DNA of 63,950 nucleotides, the filler included, from Armatimonadota bacterium (lineage in GTDB: Bacteria > Armatimonadota > Fimbriimonadia > Fimbriimonadales > Fimbriimonadaceae): assembly GCA_031400935.1 (NCBI GenBank). It is 4 parts of 4 records of this genome, joined end to end, with 100 filler letters (N's around TTAATTAATTAA, not from the genome) between each part and the next. Parts side by side here need not be neighbours in the genome. Positions count along the whole stretch, not along the records: positions 46,986 to 60,116 come from JANNQV010000013.1; positions 60,217 to 63,950 come from JANNQV010000031.1; 2 more parts are not named here. One strand, 5' to 3'. Positions 51,335 through 60,843 of the stretch are shown piece after piece. Under the pieces are notes generated by a model. That model did no database searches. It had not been told where the DNA came from and saw nothing but the letters and a program-made list of their open reading frames with translations. Each line of letters begins with the position of its first letter. Positions within the stretch are counted from its first letter, which is position 1. Made by a program: the position numbers and the translations under genes.

Positions 51335-52112
51335 TTTCCTTTGCAACAAGGATTGGCAAAGGTCCAAATCCGTACACCTTTTGGAAGCTGACTTGGTATA
51401 TCTCGTCCAGGCTGTCCGACTCAAAAACAGCCTGGGCGGAATCGTTAAGCTGGACTCTACCCAAATCCATAACGACAATCCGGTCGGCAACGGAAGCGGC
51501 CGATTGAAAGTCATGCGTGGCAAGAATCACGGTCTTTCCTTCGGATCGTAGCTCCCGAATCAGAGTTTCGATTTGCAAACGGTGCGAAATGTCCAGATGC
51601 GAGGTCGGCTCATCCATCAATACAATTTCACACTCCTGCGCCAGTGCGCGAGCGATCAGAACACGTTGCATCTCTCCACCACTCAATTCTGTTGTGGCGC
51701 GATTTTTCAAACTTGCGCATCCGGCCCGAAACATTGCATTTTCTGCAATTTCTAAATCTAAATCCGATTCGTAGAGACCGTCGCCATACGAAGTTCGAGC
51801 CATCAAAACCATTTCCGAAACAGAAAATCCGAACCGAGCTACTTCTTGCTGAGGCACGTAGCTCGCCGTCCTGGCAAGTTGTTCTGCACCCATTCCACAC
51901 AACGATTCCGAAAACAAGGAAATTGACCCTTCGAATTTGTGTACTGAATTGCAAATGGACTTTAAAAGCGTAGACTTGCCACTCCCATTTCGACCCATGA
52001 TGGCAGTCACGCTTCCCTTTGATGCGCTTAAATCAATATCAAAAATCACGGGCTTTCCGCTGTAACCCGCCGATAAGCCGTTGATTTCAACGGCAACTCT
52101 ATCCGAGGTCAT
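51303..52112 (-). CDS. Iron/cobalamin-type ABC ATP-binding protein
   Basis: GRNGSGKST, LSGGEMQR, DEPTSHLD. Confidence 0.9.
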   Translation of the reverse strand: MTSDRVAVEINGLSAGYSGKPVIFDIDLSASKGSVTAIMGRNGSGKSTLLKSICNSVHKFEGSISLFSESLCGMGAEQLARTASYVPQQEVARFGFSVSEMVLMARTSYGDGLYESDLDLEIAENAMFRAGCASLKNRATTELSGGEMQRVLIARALAQECEIVLMDEPTSHLDISHRLQIETLIRELRSEGKTVILATHDFQSAASVADRIVVMDLGRVQLNDSAQAVFESDSLDEIYQVSFQKVYGFGPLPILVAKETNSSPFSDCP

Positions 52113-54021
52113 TTTCAAGCATCCCCTTTCCAAATGCCTTGAACATTTGGGCGTAAGCACCCTCTGCCTCCATCAAATCTCGATGTGAACCTTGTTCAAT
52201 CAATTCACCTCGACGCAGGACGACAATTTGATCCGCTCTTGCTGCTGTCGTCAAGCGATGGGCAATAAACAATGTGGTTCGCGATTGGATTGCTTCATCA
52301 AGCGCGGCTTGAACTGCCTGCTCACTGTGGGCATCTAGTGCACTCGTCGCTTCATCCATGAGAAGCACAACGGGTTCGCGAACAAGTGCTCTTGCAATCG
52401 AAAGTCGTTGCTGTTCGCCGCCCGAAAGCCCCGTCCCACGCTCGCCGATTTCGCTCTCAATCCCTTTTGGCAAGAGAGCGATAAACTGGTCTGCGTGAGC
52501 AATTCGGGCCGCCTCTTGCAATTGCTCATCGGTGGCAGTTTGATTTCCCAATCGAAGATTTTCCGCAATTGATCCCGCGAAAAGGAAGTTCTGTTGGGGC
52601 ACAACTCCAAATTGCGATCGAAGCCAAGCCTGATCTAGCTCACGAATGTCAATACCATCGAATGTGATCCTCCCCGATGTGGGATCATAGAATCGCAAAA
52701 CGAGATCGGCAATTGTGCTCTTACCAGCCCCGCTAGGCCCTACAAGGGCGAGGCTTGTTCCGGGTTCAAGAGCAAACGAAACATTTCGAAGTGCCTCCGT
52801 CCCGTCTGCATATACAAAGCTGACACTCTCAAATGCGATTCGACCCTTGGGAATCTCGATGATTAGCGAGCCCTTTGCCTCGGCATGTTCTTCCGGCAAT
52901 TCAAGAAGCTGGCTGTAGATTCTGTCAGCGGCAGCTTGAACCTGATTGTAAGTGCTGTTTACGTTACCTAAGGCTCGAAAACCTTGATTGATCACATCGA
53001 ATGCGAGCATGAGCGCGGCCAATTCGGAAATTTGCAATCGCCCTTGAAAAGCAAACTGTCCACAAACGAATAGAACCAATGCTAAAGCAACGGCACCAAT
53101 GAGTTCCACCATTGGACGGAGGGTCGCGTACCTCCTGGCTGCCCGCATTTGGCTATCAAGAGCCTTGGTTATAGAGGATTCGTAGGATTTCGCTACTACC
53201 GCCTCGGCTCCAAACGCCTTTATCACTCTAGTTCCCGAAATGGCTTCGGTGGTTACAGCATTAAGCTCTGCCAAGTGTTCTTGCACGGCGGCCTGTGCCT
53301 TTTTCATTCGTCTTCCATTTGACTGAATGAAGAGCCACATAAACGGAAAAGTACCGACCGCCATAAGCGACAAATATGGCTGTGTGATCAAAATATAAGT
53401 GAATGCGGCACCTGCCTTCACGGGGCCCTCGATTGAATCGCGAATGATCTGCACCGCGTTTTGATAAACACTTACGTCGTTGTTAAGAATGCTCTGGATC
53501 TCGCCCGAACGAGTTTCGTTGAAATACGAAATGGGCAATTTCTGAACTTTTTGAAACATTCTACGGCGCAAGTCGGCTGCAAGATCATTGGCAGCTTGTG
53601 TAAGAAACAAGTTTTGTCCGCGAGCAAAGAAGTACTTTAAGGCATAAATGCCAACGATCAAAATGCAAAGAAAAGTTAATCGAGCAAGTGCTTCATTAGG
53701 TGAATTTTTCCGGTCTCTTTGGGCATCCCTGTAGGCATTTCGAACTTCTTCGGATGTCCTGTTTAGGGAAGCCGCCATTTTGTCAACAAGCTTAGACTCG
53801 GACTCAATCCCTACTGGATCAGTTTGCGAAATTCCGCCTATTATGCTTTGAGGAGCCGCATCTTGCACCGCGCTTACGGATTGCTTAACTAGCTCAATAG
53901 TTGACGTTGTTAGAATTGCTGCTATCAAAACGCAAAGCAATCCCCACGAAATTACTTTTCGCTGCGATTTGAGGTCGCCAGCGAGACGGGGATCGAGTTT
54001 CTTAAAAAGGTGCAGCGCCAA
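52099..54021 (-). CDS. MsbA-like ABC exporter
   Basis: TM domain, GPSGAGKST, LSGGEQQR, DEATSALD. Confidence 0.92.
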   Translation of the reverse strand: MALHLFKKLDPRLAGDLKSQRKVISWGLLCVLIAAILTTSTIELVKQSVSAVQDAAPQSIIGGISQTDPVGIESESKLVDKMAASLNRTSEEVRNAYRDAQRDRKNSPNEALARLTFLCILIVGIYALKYFFARGQNLFLTQAANDLAADLRRRMFQKVQKLPISYFNETRSGEIQSILNNDVSVYQNAVQIIRDSIEGPVKAGAAFTYILITQPYLSLMAVGTFPFMWLFIQSNGRRMKKAQAAVQEHLAELNAVTTEAISGTRVIKAFGAEAVVAKSYESSITKALDSQMRAARRYATLRPMVELIGAVALALVLFVCGQFAFQGRLQISELAALMLAFDVINQGFRALGNVNSTYNQVQAAADRIYSQLLELPEEHAEAKGSLIIEIPKGRIAFESVSFVYADGTEALRNVSFALEPGTSLALVGPSGAGKSTIADLVLRFYDPTSGRITFDGIDIRELDQAWLRSQFGVVPQQNFLFAGSIAENLRLGNQTATDEQLQEAARIAHADQFIALLPKGIESEIGERGTGLSGGEQQRLSIARALVREPVVLLMDEATSALDAHSEQAVQAALDEAIQSRTTLFIAHRLTTAARADQIVVLRRGELIEQGSHRDLMEAEGAYAQMFKAFGKGMLENDLG

Positions 54022-54033
54022 AATTCACCTTAA

Positions 54034-56253
54034 CTAGGATACCAATTCGAGCTTGGCCAAGCTTTGAACTAATTTCTTGACACCAGTAACGCCCGGAAAT
54101 GCTACTGTGACTTCGCAGTCGTCTTTTAGCGGATTGCAAGCAACGACAACCCCGATTCCAAATTTGCCATGCTTCACTCGTTCGCCAACTTGGAATGGAG
54201 GCTTCCATTGTGGCTTCTTTGAGCTAGGTTCTGAAAAACCTGGCTTCCGATCAATCACAGCATATCTGCCCGTACGGTCTTGCTCTAGAGTTCTGCTTTG
54301 AGTGCCGGAAAACGACGACTGGTTGTTGGCAACTGCTAAAACCTCTGCCGGAACGTCATCTAAAAATCGGCTTCGGCGGTTGAAGTTCGGCTGTCCATAA
54401 AGTGCCCTTCGATGCGCGTGGTACAGGTGCAGTTCTTCCCTTGCCCTGGTCATTCCAACGTAAGCCAACCGCCGCTCTTCTTCCAGTTCAGAATCGTTTT
54501 GCATGGACCTCGAATGTGGGAAAACGCCTTCTTCCATTCCGACCAAAAACACGACCGGAAACTCAAGCCCTTTTGCAGAGTGCAATGTCATTAAGGTCAC
54601 CGCATCGCCGCCGGAATTCAGACTGTCTACATCTGCTACTAACGCGATATTTTCCAAAAAATTGCCGAGCGAATGCTCTTCGGCATTTCGGTCGTATTCA
54701 GCGGCAACATTCACCATTTCCTGAAGGTTTTCTAGCCTGCCGCGTGCTTCCTCTGAAGTGTCAGTTCGAAGCATGTCCAAATATCCTGAAGCCTGCATTA
54801 AGTGCTTCAAAATAGTCATGATCGAACCTCCTTCTGCAAGCTCTTTCCCTCCTTCTATTGCCTTTACAAACGTCTCAACTCCCTTTGCCGCTTTTGACTG
54901 AAGAGATCGGACTAGCTCATCAGATAACAAAGCTTGCCATAGTGGATCGCCGCGCTGCCCAGCCCATTCTTCAATGGCTGAAAAAGTCGTCCCGCCGATG
55001 CCACGAGTCGGTTCATTAATGACCCTTCGCACTGAAACGTCATCTTTTGGGTTCAAAACTAGCCGCAGATAGGCGATCATGTCCTTGACTTCTTTTCGCT
55101 CGTAAAACCTTTGGCCGCCAACCAAAACGTGCGGAATTCGCATCATCAAGAATGATTCTTCCATCACTCGCGACTGGGCATTTGTTCGATACAAAACCGC
55201 GAACTCGCCATATTTCCGGCGGCCTGAATTCACGTCTCGCAAAACGCCGTCCACGACTGCCATGGCCTCTTCGTGCTCAGTTCCATGTTGCATGAGCGAA
55301 ATCAATGCTCCGTCAGCATTTTCAGTCCAAAGTTCTTTATGAGCCCTGCTTCGATTTCGCTGGATTACCGCATTGGCAGCAGTTAATATCGCTTTAGTCG
55401 AACGATAATTTTGTTCCAACTTGATGATCATTGCTTCTGGATAATCGGAACCGAATCGAAGGATCAGAGAAACATCCGCCCCTCGCCATCCATAAATGCT
55501 TTGGTCGTCATCGCCGACAACCATCAGATTTCGGTGCTTTTCAGCGAGAATGTGAATCAAGCGATATTGGGCAAAGTTCACATCTTGGTACTCATCAACC
55601 AATACATGCTGAAACCGCTCTTGGTATTTTGTTCGAACATCTTCGCGTTGTTCTAACAGCCGTACTGCGAAATAGAGAATGTCGTCAAAATCAAGTGCAC
55701 TCGCTTTCTGCAGCAGATTGTTATACGATTTGTATACCTCTGAGGCGATTTTTTCAACAAATCCGGTGGCTGATTCTGCATATTCTTCAGGGGTCTTCAG
55801 ACGTTCTTTTGCGTGCGAGATTTCGTTGAGAATTACTCTTGGCTGAATTGATTTTTCGTCAAAATTCTTTTTCTTCAGGATTTCACGAATCAAACTAAGC
55901 TGGTCGCTGTCGTCGTAAATCACGAAATTTCGGTCTAAGCCGATCGAAGCTCCGTCTATCCTCAGCATTCGAGCGCAAATCGAATGGAAAGTGCCCATCC
56001 AAAGCTGCTTGGCATTTTCGCCGACCATGCTTTCAATTCTGTCCCGCATTTCGCGAGCGGCCTTGTTTGTAAACGTCACCGCGAGTATTCTGGAAGGCGG
56101 AATTCCGGAACCAATCAGTCGAGAAATCCTAGCCGTAATGACTCGCGTTTTGCCCGAACCTGCCCCTGCAAAGACCAGTACAGGCCCGCCAGGCCACTCG
56201 ACCGCTTCTTGTTGGGCTGGGTTCAAGTCAATTGGAGTCGAAACGGTAGACAT
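54034..56253 (-). CDS. pcrA: ATP-dependent DNA helicase PcrA/UvrD
   Basis: AGAGSGKT, VDEYQD, EQNYRS, TLHSAKGLEF, EEERRLAYVGMTRA, C-terminal tudor-like domain. Confidence 0.96.
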   Translation of the reverse strand: MSTVSTPIDLNPAQQEAVEWPGGPVLVFAGAGSGKTRVITARISRLIGSGIPPSRILAVTFTNKAAREMRDRIESMVGENAKQLWMGTFHSICARMLRIDGASIGLDRNFVIYDDSDQLSLIREILKKKNFDEKSIQPRVILNEISHAKERLKTPEEYAESATGFVEKIASEVYKSYNNLLQKASALDFDDILYFAVRLLEQREDVRTKYQERFQHVLVDEYQDVNFAQYRLIHILAEKHRNLMVVGDDDQSIYGWRGADVSLILRFGSDYPEAMIIKLEQNYRSTKAILTAANAVIQRNRSRAHKELWTENADGALISLMQHGTEHEEAMAVVDGVLRDVNSGRRKYGEFAVLYRTNAQSRVMEESFLMMRIPHVLVGGQRFYERKEVKDMIAYLRLVLNPKDDVSVRRVINEPTRGIGGTTFSAIEEWAGQRGDPLWQALLSDELVRSLQSKAAKGVETFVKAIEGGKELAEGGSIMTILKHLMQASGYLDMLRTDTSEEARGRLENLQEMVNVAAEYDRNAEEHSLGNFLENIALVADVDSLNSGGDAVTLMTLHSAKGLEFPVVFLVGMEEGVFPHSRSMQNDSELEEERRLAYVGMTRAREELHLYHAHRRALYGQPNFNRRSRFLDDVPAEVLAVANNQSSFSGTQSRTLEQDRTGRYAVIDRKPGFSEPSSKKPQWKPPFQVGERVKHGKFGIGVVVACNPLKDDCEVTVAFPGVTGVKKLVQSLAKLELVS

Positions 56254-56270
56254 TGGTTATCTATTATGAG

Positions 56271-56348
56271 GGATTTTAGCATTGTGGATTCCGATTTTGG
56301 ATTTTAGCATTGTGGATTTACAATAACCAACAACCAACAACCAACAAC
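56271..56348. repeat. Heptamer arrays with exact 20-bp direct duplication
   Basis: ggattttagcattgtggatt at 56271 and 56299; (aaccaac)n at 56325-56348. Confidence 0.75.
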
Positions 56349-56368
56349 TCTTGCAGCATTCTCTCGAA

Positions 56369-56587
56369 ATGAAAAACGGAAACTCGTGCCCTAAATGCAA
56401 AGGAACAGAAATCTATTACTTCCCTGGTAGATTGTTGCAGGAACAAAACAAGGCCATGACAGGCGCTATTTGGGGAGGAAGAGTTCGAATCGCCCGCTAA
56501 GCTTGCATAGATTGCGGCTCTTCCGAAGAATGGATCGACCGACCCGAAGACCTGGAAAATCTCAAAAAACTGGCTCGAAAGGGCTAA
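56369..56587 (+). pseudogene. Small zinc-ribbon protein with in-frame TAA (56498-56500)
   Basis: MKNGNSCPKC...RIAR*ACIDCGSSEEWID...; the two CxxC pairs lie either side of the stop. Confidence 0.72.
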
Positions 56588-56594
56588 TTGCTAC

Positions 56595-56858
56595 TTACAA
56601 TTCAGTTTCGCGAGACTTTCTGCAAGCTTGCTCGATCTCAGCCCATTTTTGATTCGAGAGAACCAACTTCGCCATCTTGTTGTCCTTCCCTGAAAGCAAA
56701 CTCGACCGCAAAAAAAGCAACGCTTGATATGTCTTGGTGCATTGCGGGCATGCCTTCAAGTGGCGGCGAACGTACCATCCCAAAATACAGTTTCGGCGGC
56801 TTTCATCGTGATTTAATAGCGCCTTTTGCATCCAAAAGCAAGGTTTAACGTGTTCCAT
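56595..56858 (-). CDS. Zinc-binding anti-sigma (ZAS) protein
   Basis: HLKACPQC; overlaps 3' end of ECF gene. Confidence 0.8.
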   Translation of the reverse strand: MEHVKPCFWMQKALLNHDESRRNCILGWYVRRHLKACPQCTKTYQALLFLRSSLLSGKDNKMAKLVLSNQKWAEIEQACRKSRETEL

Positions 56859-57468
56859 AGTTCGCTAGTTCTCCATTGGGTTGTGAAGCAACAAATTTGG
56901 CAAGATTTAGCCGAGCGCGAGCCAGTCGTGAACGAACTGTTCCTATGGGAACCGCCAGAATCATTGCCGCCTCCGCATAATCAAGTCCGTCAGCTTCTAC
57001 AAGTAATACACACATTTTCTGGTCACTTGAAAGCGATTCAAGTGCATCCAAAAGCAAAGGATCAAAATCTGATTCGAACATAGATGGTGTCGCGGATAGT
57101 CTTTCTTCAAGAGAAAATTGTTCGGTGTCAAAGGGGACAAAACGACGCCTTTGCCGTAATTCGAGCCGAAAAACGTTCAGAACCACTTTGAGAATCCATG
57201 GCCGAAAGTTTTCAAAGTCGCTAAATTGTCCTGACCGAACCGATTTGAATGCAGTTACGATGGCCTCCTGAACCGTTTCCTCTGCACTGTTTCGGTCACC
57301 TTCCCACAATCGCATGGCAAGGCGAAGCATTGCTCCCTGGTTCGCTTTTGCAAGTTCTAAGAAGGTGCCGTCGAGATGGTCTTTACTGCTCTCTTCTGAA
57401 CTACAATCAGAAGCTCTCCACCACCGATTCTTTGCAGAAGAAGACGTCACTCCATTAAGAATACACAA
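56845..57468 (-). CDS. ECF sigma factor (start uncertain)
   Basis: AEETVQEA, FRPWI, GLDYAEAA..L.VPIGTVRSRLARAR. Confidence 0.92.
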   Translation of the reverse strand: MCILNGVTSSSAKNRWWRASDCSSEESSKDHLDGTFLELAKANQGAMLRLAMRLWEGDRNSAEETVQEAIVTAFKSVRSGQFSDFENFRPWILKVVLNVFRLELRQRRRFVPFDTEQFSLEERLSATPSMFESDFDPLLLDALESLSSDQKMCVLLVEADGLDYAEAAMILAVPIGTVRSRLARARLNLAKFVASQPNGELANYGTR

Positions 57469-57555
57469 CTGTCTTGAAGAGTTCCGTTATGCGTTTCCGC
57501 ACATTTAGTGAACTTAAATTGCTGGGATGGAACTTCTCGAACGACTTCTGAATTC
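57459..57555. promoter_or_regulatory. Divergent pair of ECF-type promoters GGAACT-N15-GWATTC
   Basis: Minus 57485-57459 and plus 57529-57555. Confidence 0.65.
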
Positions 57556-57600
57556 CAATGTGGGCGAAATCACTTGCCCACTAGAAACGGAGGATTTACT

Positions 57601-58494
57601 ATGAGGCACATTTTCAAATTTACAACTATCGCAAGCCTTGCTATGGTGAGCGCAGCCGGATTTTCGCAATACACTTTTCGAGTCGTAGCAAACAATTTGC
57701 AAAAGCCGACTGGCATCGCGGTTGCAGGCGAGGGCTTTTTCAAGACACTGTTTTTCACCCAAATTCCTACTCCTAGAGTGGGCGGTGGCAGCGGCGGAAT
57801 GAACTCGGTTAAAGCGATGAATATTGCTTCCGGCTTCATGCGCACCATCAACATGGGCGAGCCGGAGCCAATCAACATCGCTGTTGCACACGGGGAACTC
57901 TATTGGACGTGCCGGTCGGCAGGAGTAATTTTGCGTCGCGACAGATCGGGAACCATCGCGCCGATCCTAACCGGCTTGAACAAACCTACTGGAATTTATG
58001 TAGATCAGCACGATCAAACCTACTTCACTCAAGTGCCAACGCCTGGAGTCGGGGGAGGTTCAGGTGGCCAAAACACCGTTGACGTGTTTACAAACGGCTC
58101 GATATTTAACCTAACGCGAGGCGAACCAGATCCAACCGACATTGTGGTTGATCGAGAAGGCACAGCCTATTGGACATGCAAGTCTGCTGGCGTTATTTTA
58201 GAGCGAACCCGCTTGGGCGTAGTTTCTCTTCTCGCCAACAACCTGATGTCGCCAAATGGTATCGCACTCAATCGCAATGGCAACAAATTGTTTTGGACCG
58301 AAGTTCCTACACCGGGAGTTCCTGGCTCTATGGGCGGACTCAACAAAGTCAAAGTCATGAACCTCGAAACGATGATTACGACGGTCATTAATTCGGGCGA
58401 CCCGGAGCCAACGGATATCGCAGTTGCCCGAGATGGCACTGTGTATTGGACATGCACATCGGCTGGGGTTATTGTTGAAGCCAGACTTCACTAG
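57601..58494 (+). CDS. Secreted three-fold repeat beta-propeller protein
   Basis: Signal peptide; three ~90-aa repeats each with PTP(G/R)V.G..GG.N and YWTC.SAGVI. Confidence 0.8.
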   Translation: MRHIFKFTTIASLAMVSAAGFSQYTFRVVANNLQKPTGIAVAGEGFFKTLFFTQIPTPRVGGGSGGMNSVKAMNIASGFMRTINMGEPEPINIAVAHGELYWTCRSAGVILRRDRSGTIAPILTGLNKPTGIYVDQHDQTYFTQVPTPGVGGGSGGQNTVDVFTNGSIFNLTRGEPDPTDIVVDREGTAYWTCKSAGVILERTRLGVVSLLANNLMSPNGIALNRNGNKLFWTEVPTPGVPGSMGGLNKVKVMNLETMITTVINSGDPEPTDIAVARDGTVYWTCTSAGVIVEARLH

Positions 58495-58502
58495 ATAAGC
58501 CA

Positions 58503-58541
58503 GGTCTCTCCTTTCTAATCAGACGAAAGAAAGGAGAGACC
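58503..58541. terminator. Hairpin between convergent genes
   Basis: ggtctctcctttct / agaaaggagagacc, 14-bp perfect stem. Confidence 0.75.
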
Positions 58542-58574
58542 ATCATGGTCCAGCGCAATGTTAATGCGTCAGTT

Positions 58575-60116
58575 TCATTTCGTCAAATTAGCCCTTGATC
58601 GCCCGTAATCCATTCCCCTCTCCGGTGGCATCCCATAAATCTCTGGGTGCTGATAAGTCCCTCTTTCAATCCCTTGCTTTTCGACCACTTCCCTCGGCCT
58701 TCGCAGTTGATTGTATGGATCGTTTCGGTCAGCTTCAACTCGCCAAGAAACCTTGATTCCCGGTTTGTTCGAGCGGATTTTGAACCGATTACCCTGAATT
58801 TCAGCCACGACTTTTGCCCAGACAAAATCTTCGCTGTCGGATGTGTCAATAACTGTCAACTGATATTTGAAATTCGCGTTAACTGCCTCAAAATATTCAG
58901 GAAGTTCGACCCAAGCATAGCCTTTGGAATCTATTATCACATTACCGCTGTAGAAATTTTGTGGGTAAGGGCTCTCGCTCGCATAGTGCAGCAAATACTT
59001 GTTTTCAGGGTCGAATGGATGGTCAATTCGAAACGCTTTGTTTCCAGATGCTCCAAAATCGCCAGAGGCAAAAACCGCCCAACCGTCAATGCTTGCGCTT
59101 TGCAATCCACGCACCGAATAATTCGTGCCTGTCGTTGCGATCACTTCGCCAAAAATGCCATTTCCTACGGTGCTGTGGCTTGTCCCATAAACGCCGACGG
59201 TCGCTCCCGAAGTCGCCAAGGCATGGCCATAGACCCCTCGGCCACCGACGCTGGTGCTTTCGCCGACAACTCCGTAGTTTGTTCCTGACGTCGCGCTAGC
59301 CCAGCCAAAAGTGCCAATTCCGGTTGAGCTTGCACTTTGGCCATATACGCCAAAATTCACACCTGTTACTGCTGTCGATTGTCCGTACACCCCACGTCCA
59401 GTGCTACTTGCTGTTACTCCAAAAACGCCATAAGTGGAGCCTGTTGCGCTAGTTGCATTTCCAAAAATGCCTCTCCCCATCGGACTATTCACTTCGCCAT
59501 GAACACCAGTCGTCAGACCAGACACCGCGCTCCCGGCACCTGCAACACCAATCCCAGTTACGCTGCTACTTTGCCCAATAAGTCCAATTGTGTTTCCAGT
59601 TGTCGCTGTTACAGAACCAGAGGCGCCTATACCACTAGTACTAGAACTAGAAAAATATCCGCCTCTAGTTGCCCCAGTTTCTGCAGAGGCCCATCCCCTG
59701 ATTCCGAACCCAGAGGTGCTATCGGTTGTGCCCTCAACTCCAACACTCAATCCAGAAGTTGACAAAGCTACTCCATAAACTCCACGTCCATTTACACTTA
59801 GTGCGATACCTTTTACACCGCAAGTATTGTTTGAAGCTGCAAAGTTTGATCCTGTTATTCCGGAAGCACCGCTAGCCGATGAATTGTTAGTTCCAAGAAT
59901 GATTTCTTGAGAGTTTGTGCCGGTAAGGAAAAGTGGATTAGGGACCGCTTGCAAGAACGCCGTGCTATTGATTCCATCTAACAAATCAGCATTTACGCCA
60001 GTTAAACCCGTGCCAACCCCAGTAAAGCTGTTTCCAGCACCTCCAAATGTGTTCCCTGCCGTCCATACATTTGCAGTTCCAAGTCGTCCAAATGCTGTCG
60101 ACGCCAATCCGCCAAG
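58575..60116 (-). CDS. Gly/Ser/Thr-rich GVxG-repeat surface or fibre protein, 5' truncated
   Basis: NADLLDG, tandem GVYG repeats, C-terminal KAFRIDHP..PENKYL..ESP...YQLT domain. Confidence 0.75.
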   Translation of the reverse strand, partial: LGGLASTAFGRLGTANVWTAGNTFGGAGNSFTGVGTGLTGVNADLLDGINSTAFLQAVPNPLFLTGTNSQEIILGTNNSSASGASGITGSNFAASNNTCGVKGIALSVNGRGVYGVALSTSGLSVGVEGTTDSTSGFGIRGWASAETGATRGGYFSSSSTSGIGASGSVTATTGNTIGLIGQSSSVTGIGVAGAGSAVSGLTTGVHGEVNSPMGRGIFGNATSATGSTYGVFGVTASSTGRGVYGQSTAVTGVNFGVYGQSASSTGIGTFGWASATSGTNYGVVGESTSVGGRGVYGHALATSGATVGVYGTSHSTVGNGIFGEVIATTGTNYSVRGLQSASIDGWAVFASGDFGASGNKAFRIDHPFDPENKYLLHYASESPYPQNFYSGNVIIDSKGYAWVELPEYFEAVNANFKYQLTVIDTSDSEDFVWAKVVAEIQGNRFKIRSNKPGIKVSWRVEADRNDPYNQLRRPREVVEKQGIERGTYQHPEIYGMPPERGMDYGRSRANLTK

Positions 60117-60216
60117 NNNNNNNNNNNNNNNNNNNNNNNNNNNNNNNNNNNNNNNNNNNNTTAATTAATTAANNNNNNNNNNNNNNNNNNNNNNNNNNNN
60201 NNNNNNNNNNNNNNNN
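60117..60216. other. Artificial contig linker
   Basis: N44-TTAATTAATTAA-N44. Confidence 0.98.
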
Positions 60217-60720
60217 AGAAAGTACTTGCAGGCTTGCCAAATATATTCGGGTGCGAACGATCAGGTGGACTGGGTTTTACGAGAATGGGAATCAGTTCTT
60301 GATGGACTAGAAACCGACCCAATGGCGATGGGAGACCGAATTGACTGGGTTGCCAAATGGCAAATTGTCGAGATGTACCGAAGTGAAAACGGGCTCGAAT
60401 GGAGCGATGATGCGCTTCATTCCGTAGATTTGGAGTATCACAACATTGACCCCGAAAAAAGTCTTTTTTCGGCTTGGCGCCAAATGAACGATACCCAAAC
60501 CATGTGCAAAGAGCTTGAAATCCTCGACGCCATCACCGATCCGCCAACCGACACTCGCGCCTTCGCAAGAGGGAAATTGGTTGACTTTGTACTCTCCAAA
60601 CCCGCACAACGGTTCTATATGTTCGATTGGAACGGTGTGGCAGTCAATCGGCACTATTTTGTTGATTTGAGCAACCCGTTTGAGTCGTATGAGCACGAGA
60701 TTGAAGCATTGGGGACCTGA
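60217..60720 (+). CDS. Dop/PafA-family (Pup/UBact ligase or deamidase) C-terminal part
   Basis: W..VL..LETDP, DWVAK, DLEYH, DPPTDTRA..RG, DW, L.NPF. Confidence 0.88.
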   Translation, partial: RKYLQACQIYSGANDQVDWVLREWESVLDGLETDPMAMGDRIDWVAKWQIVEMYRSENGLEWSDDALHSVDLEYHNIDPEKSLFSAWRQMNDTQTMCKELEILDAITDPPTDTRAFARGKLVDFVLSKPAQRFYMFDWNGVAVNRHYFVDLSNPFESYEHEIEALGT

Positions 60721-60843
60721 TTTGATTCCATAATTGTCTCTCGTTTGCAGATCAGATTTCAATCTGCACTTTCCAATCAAGATTCCGTATACTTGATCCA
60801 TTGCTCGTTCAAATTAACGAGTTGGAGGTTTGAAACGGAAACA

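Noticed and set aside
24617..56587. Genome-wide reassignment of TAA or TGA
   Set aside because: Core genes end at the expected positions with TAA (purH, mreB, gdhA) and TGA (mlaE, xerD).
58575..60116. Prophage tail fibre
   Set aside because: No other phage genes nearby; more likely a cellular surface protein.
30940..60216. Three identical TTAATTAATTAA motifs in N runs
   Set aside because: Artificial scaffolding linkers; neighbourhoods across them carry no meaning.
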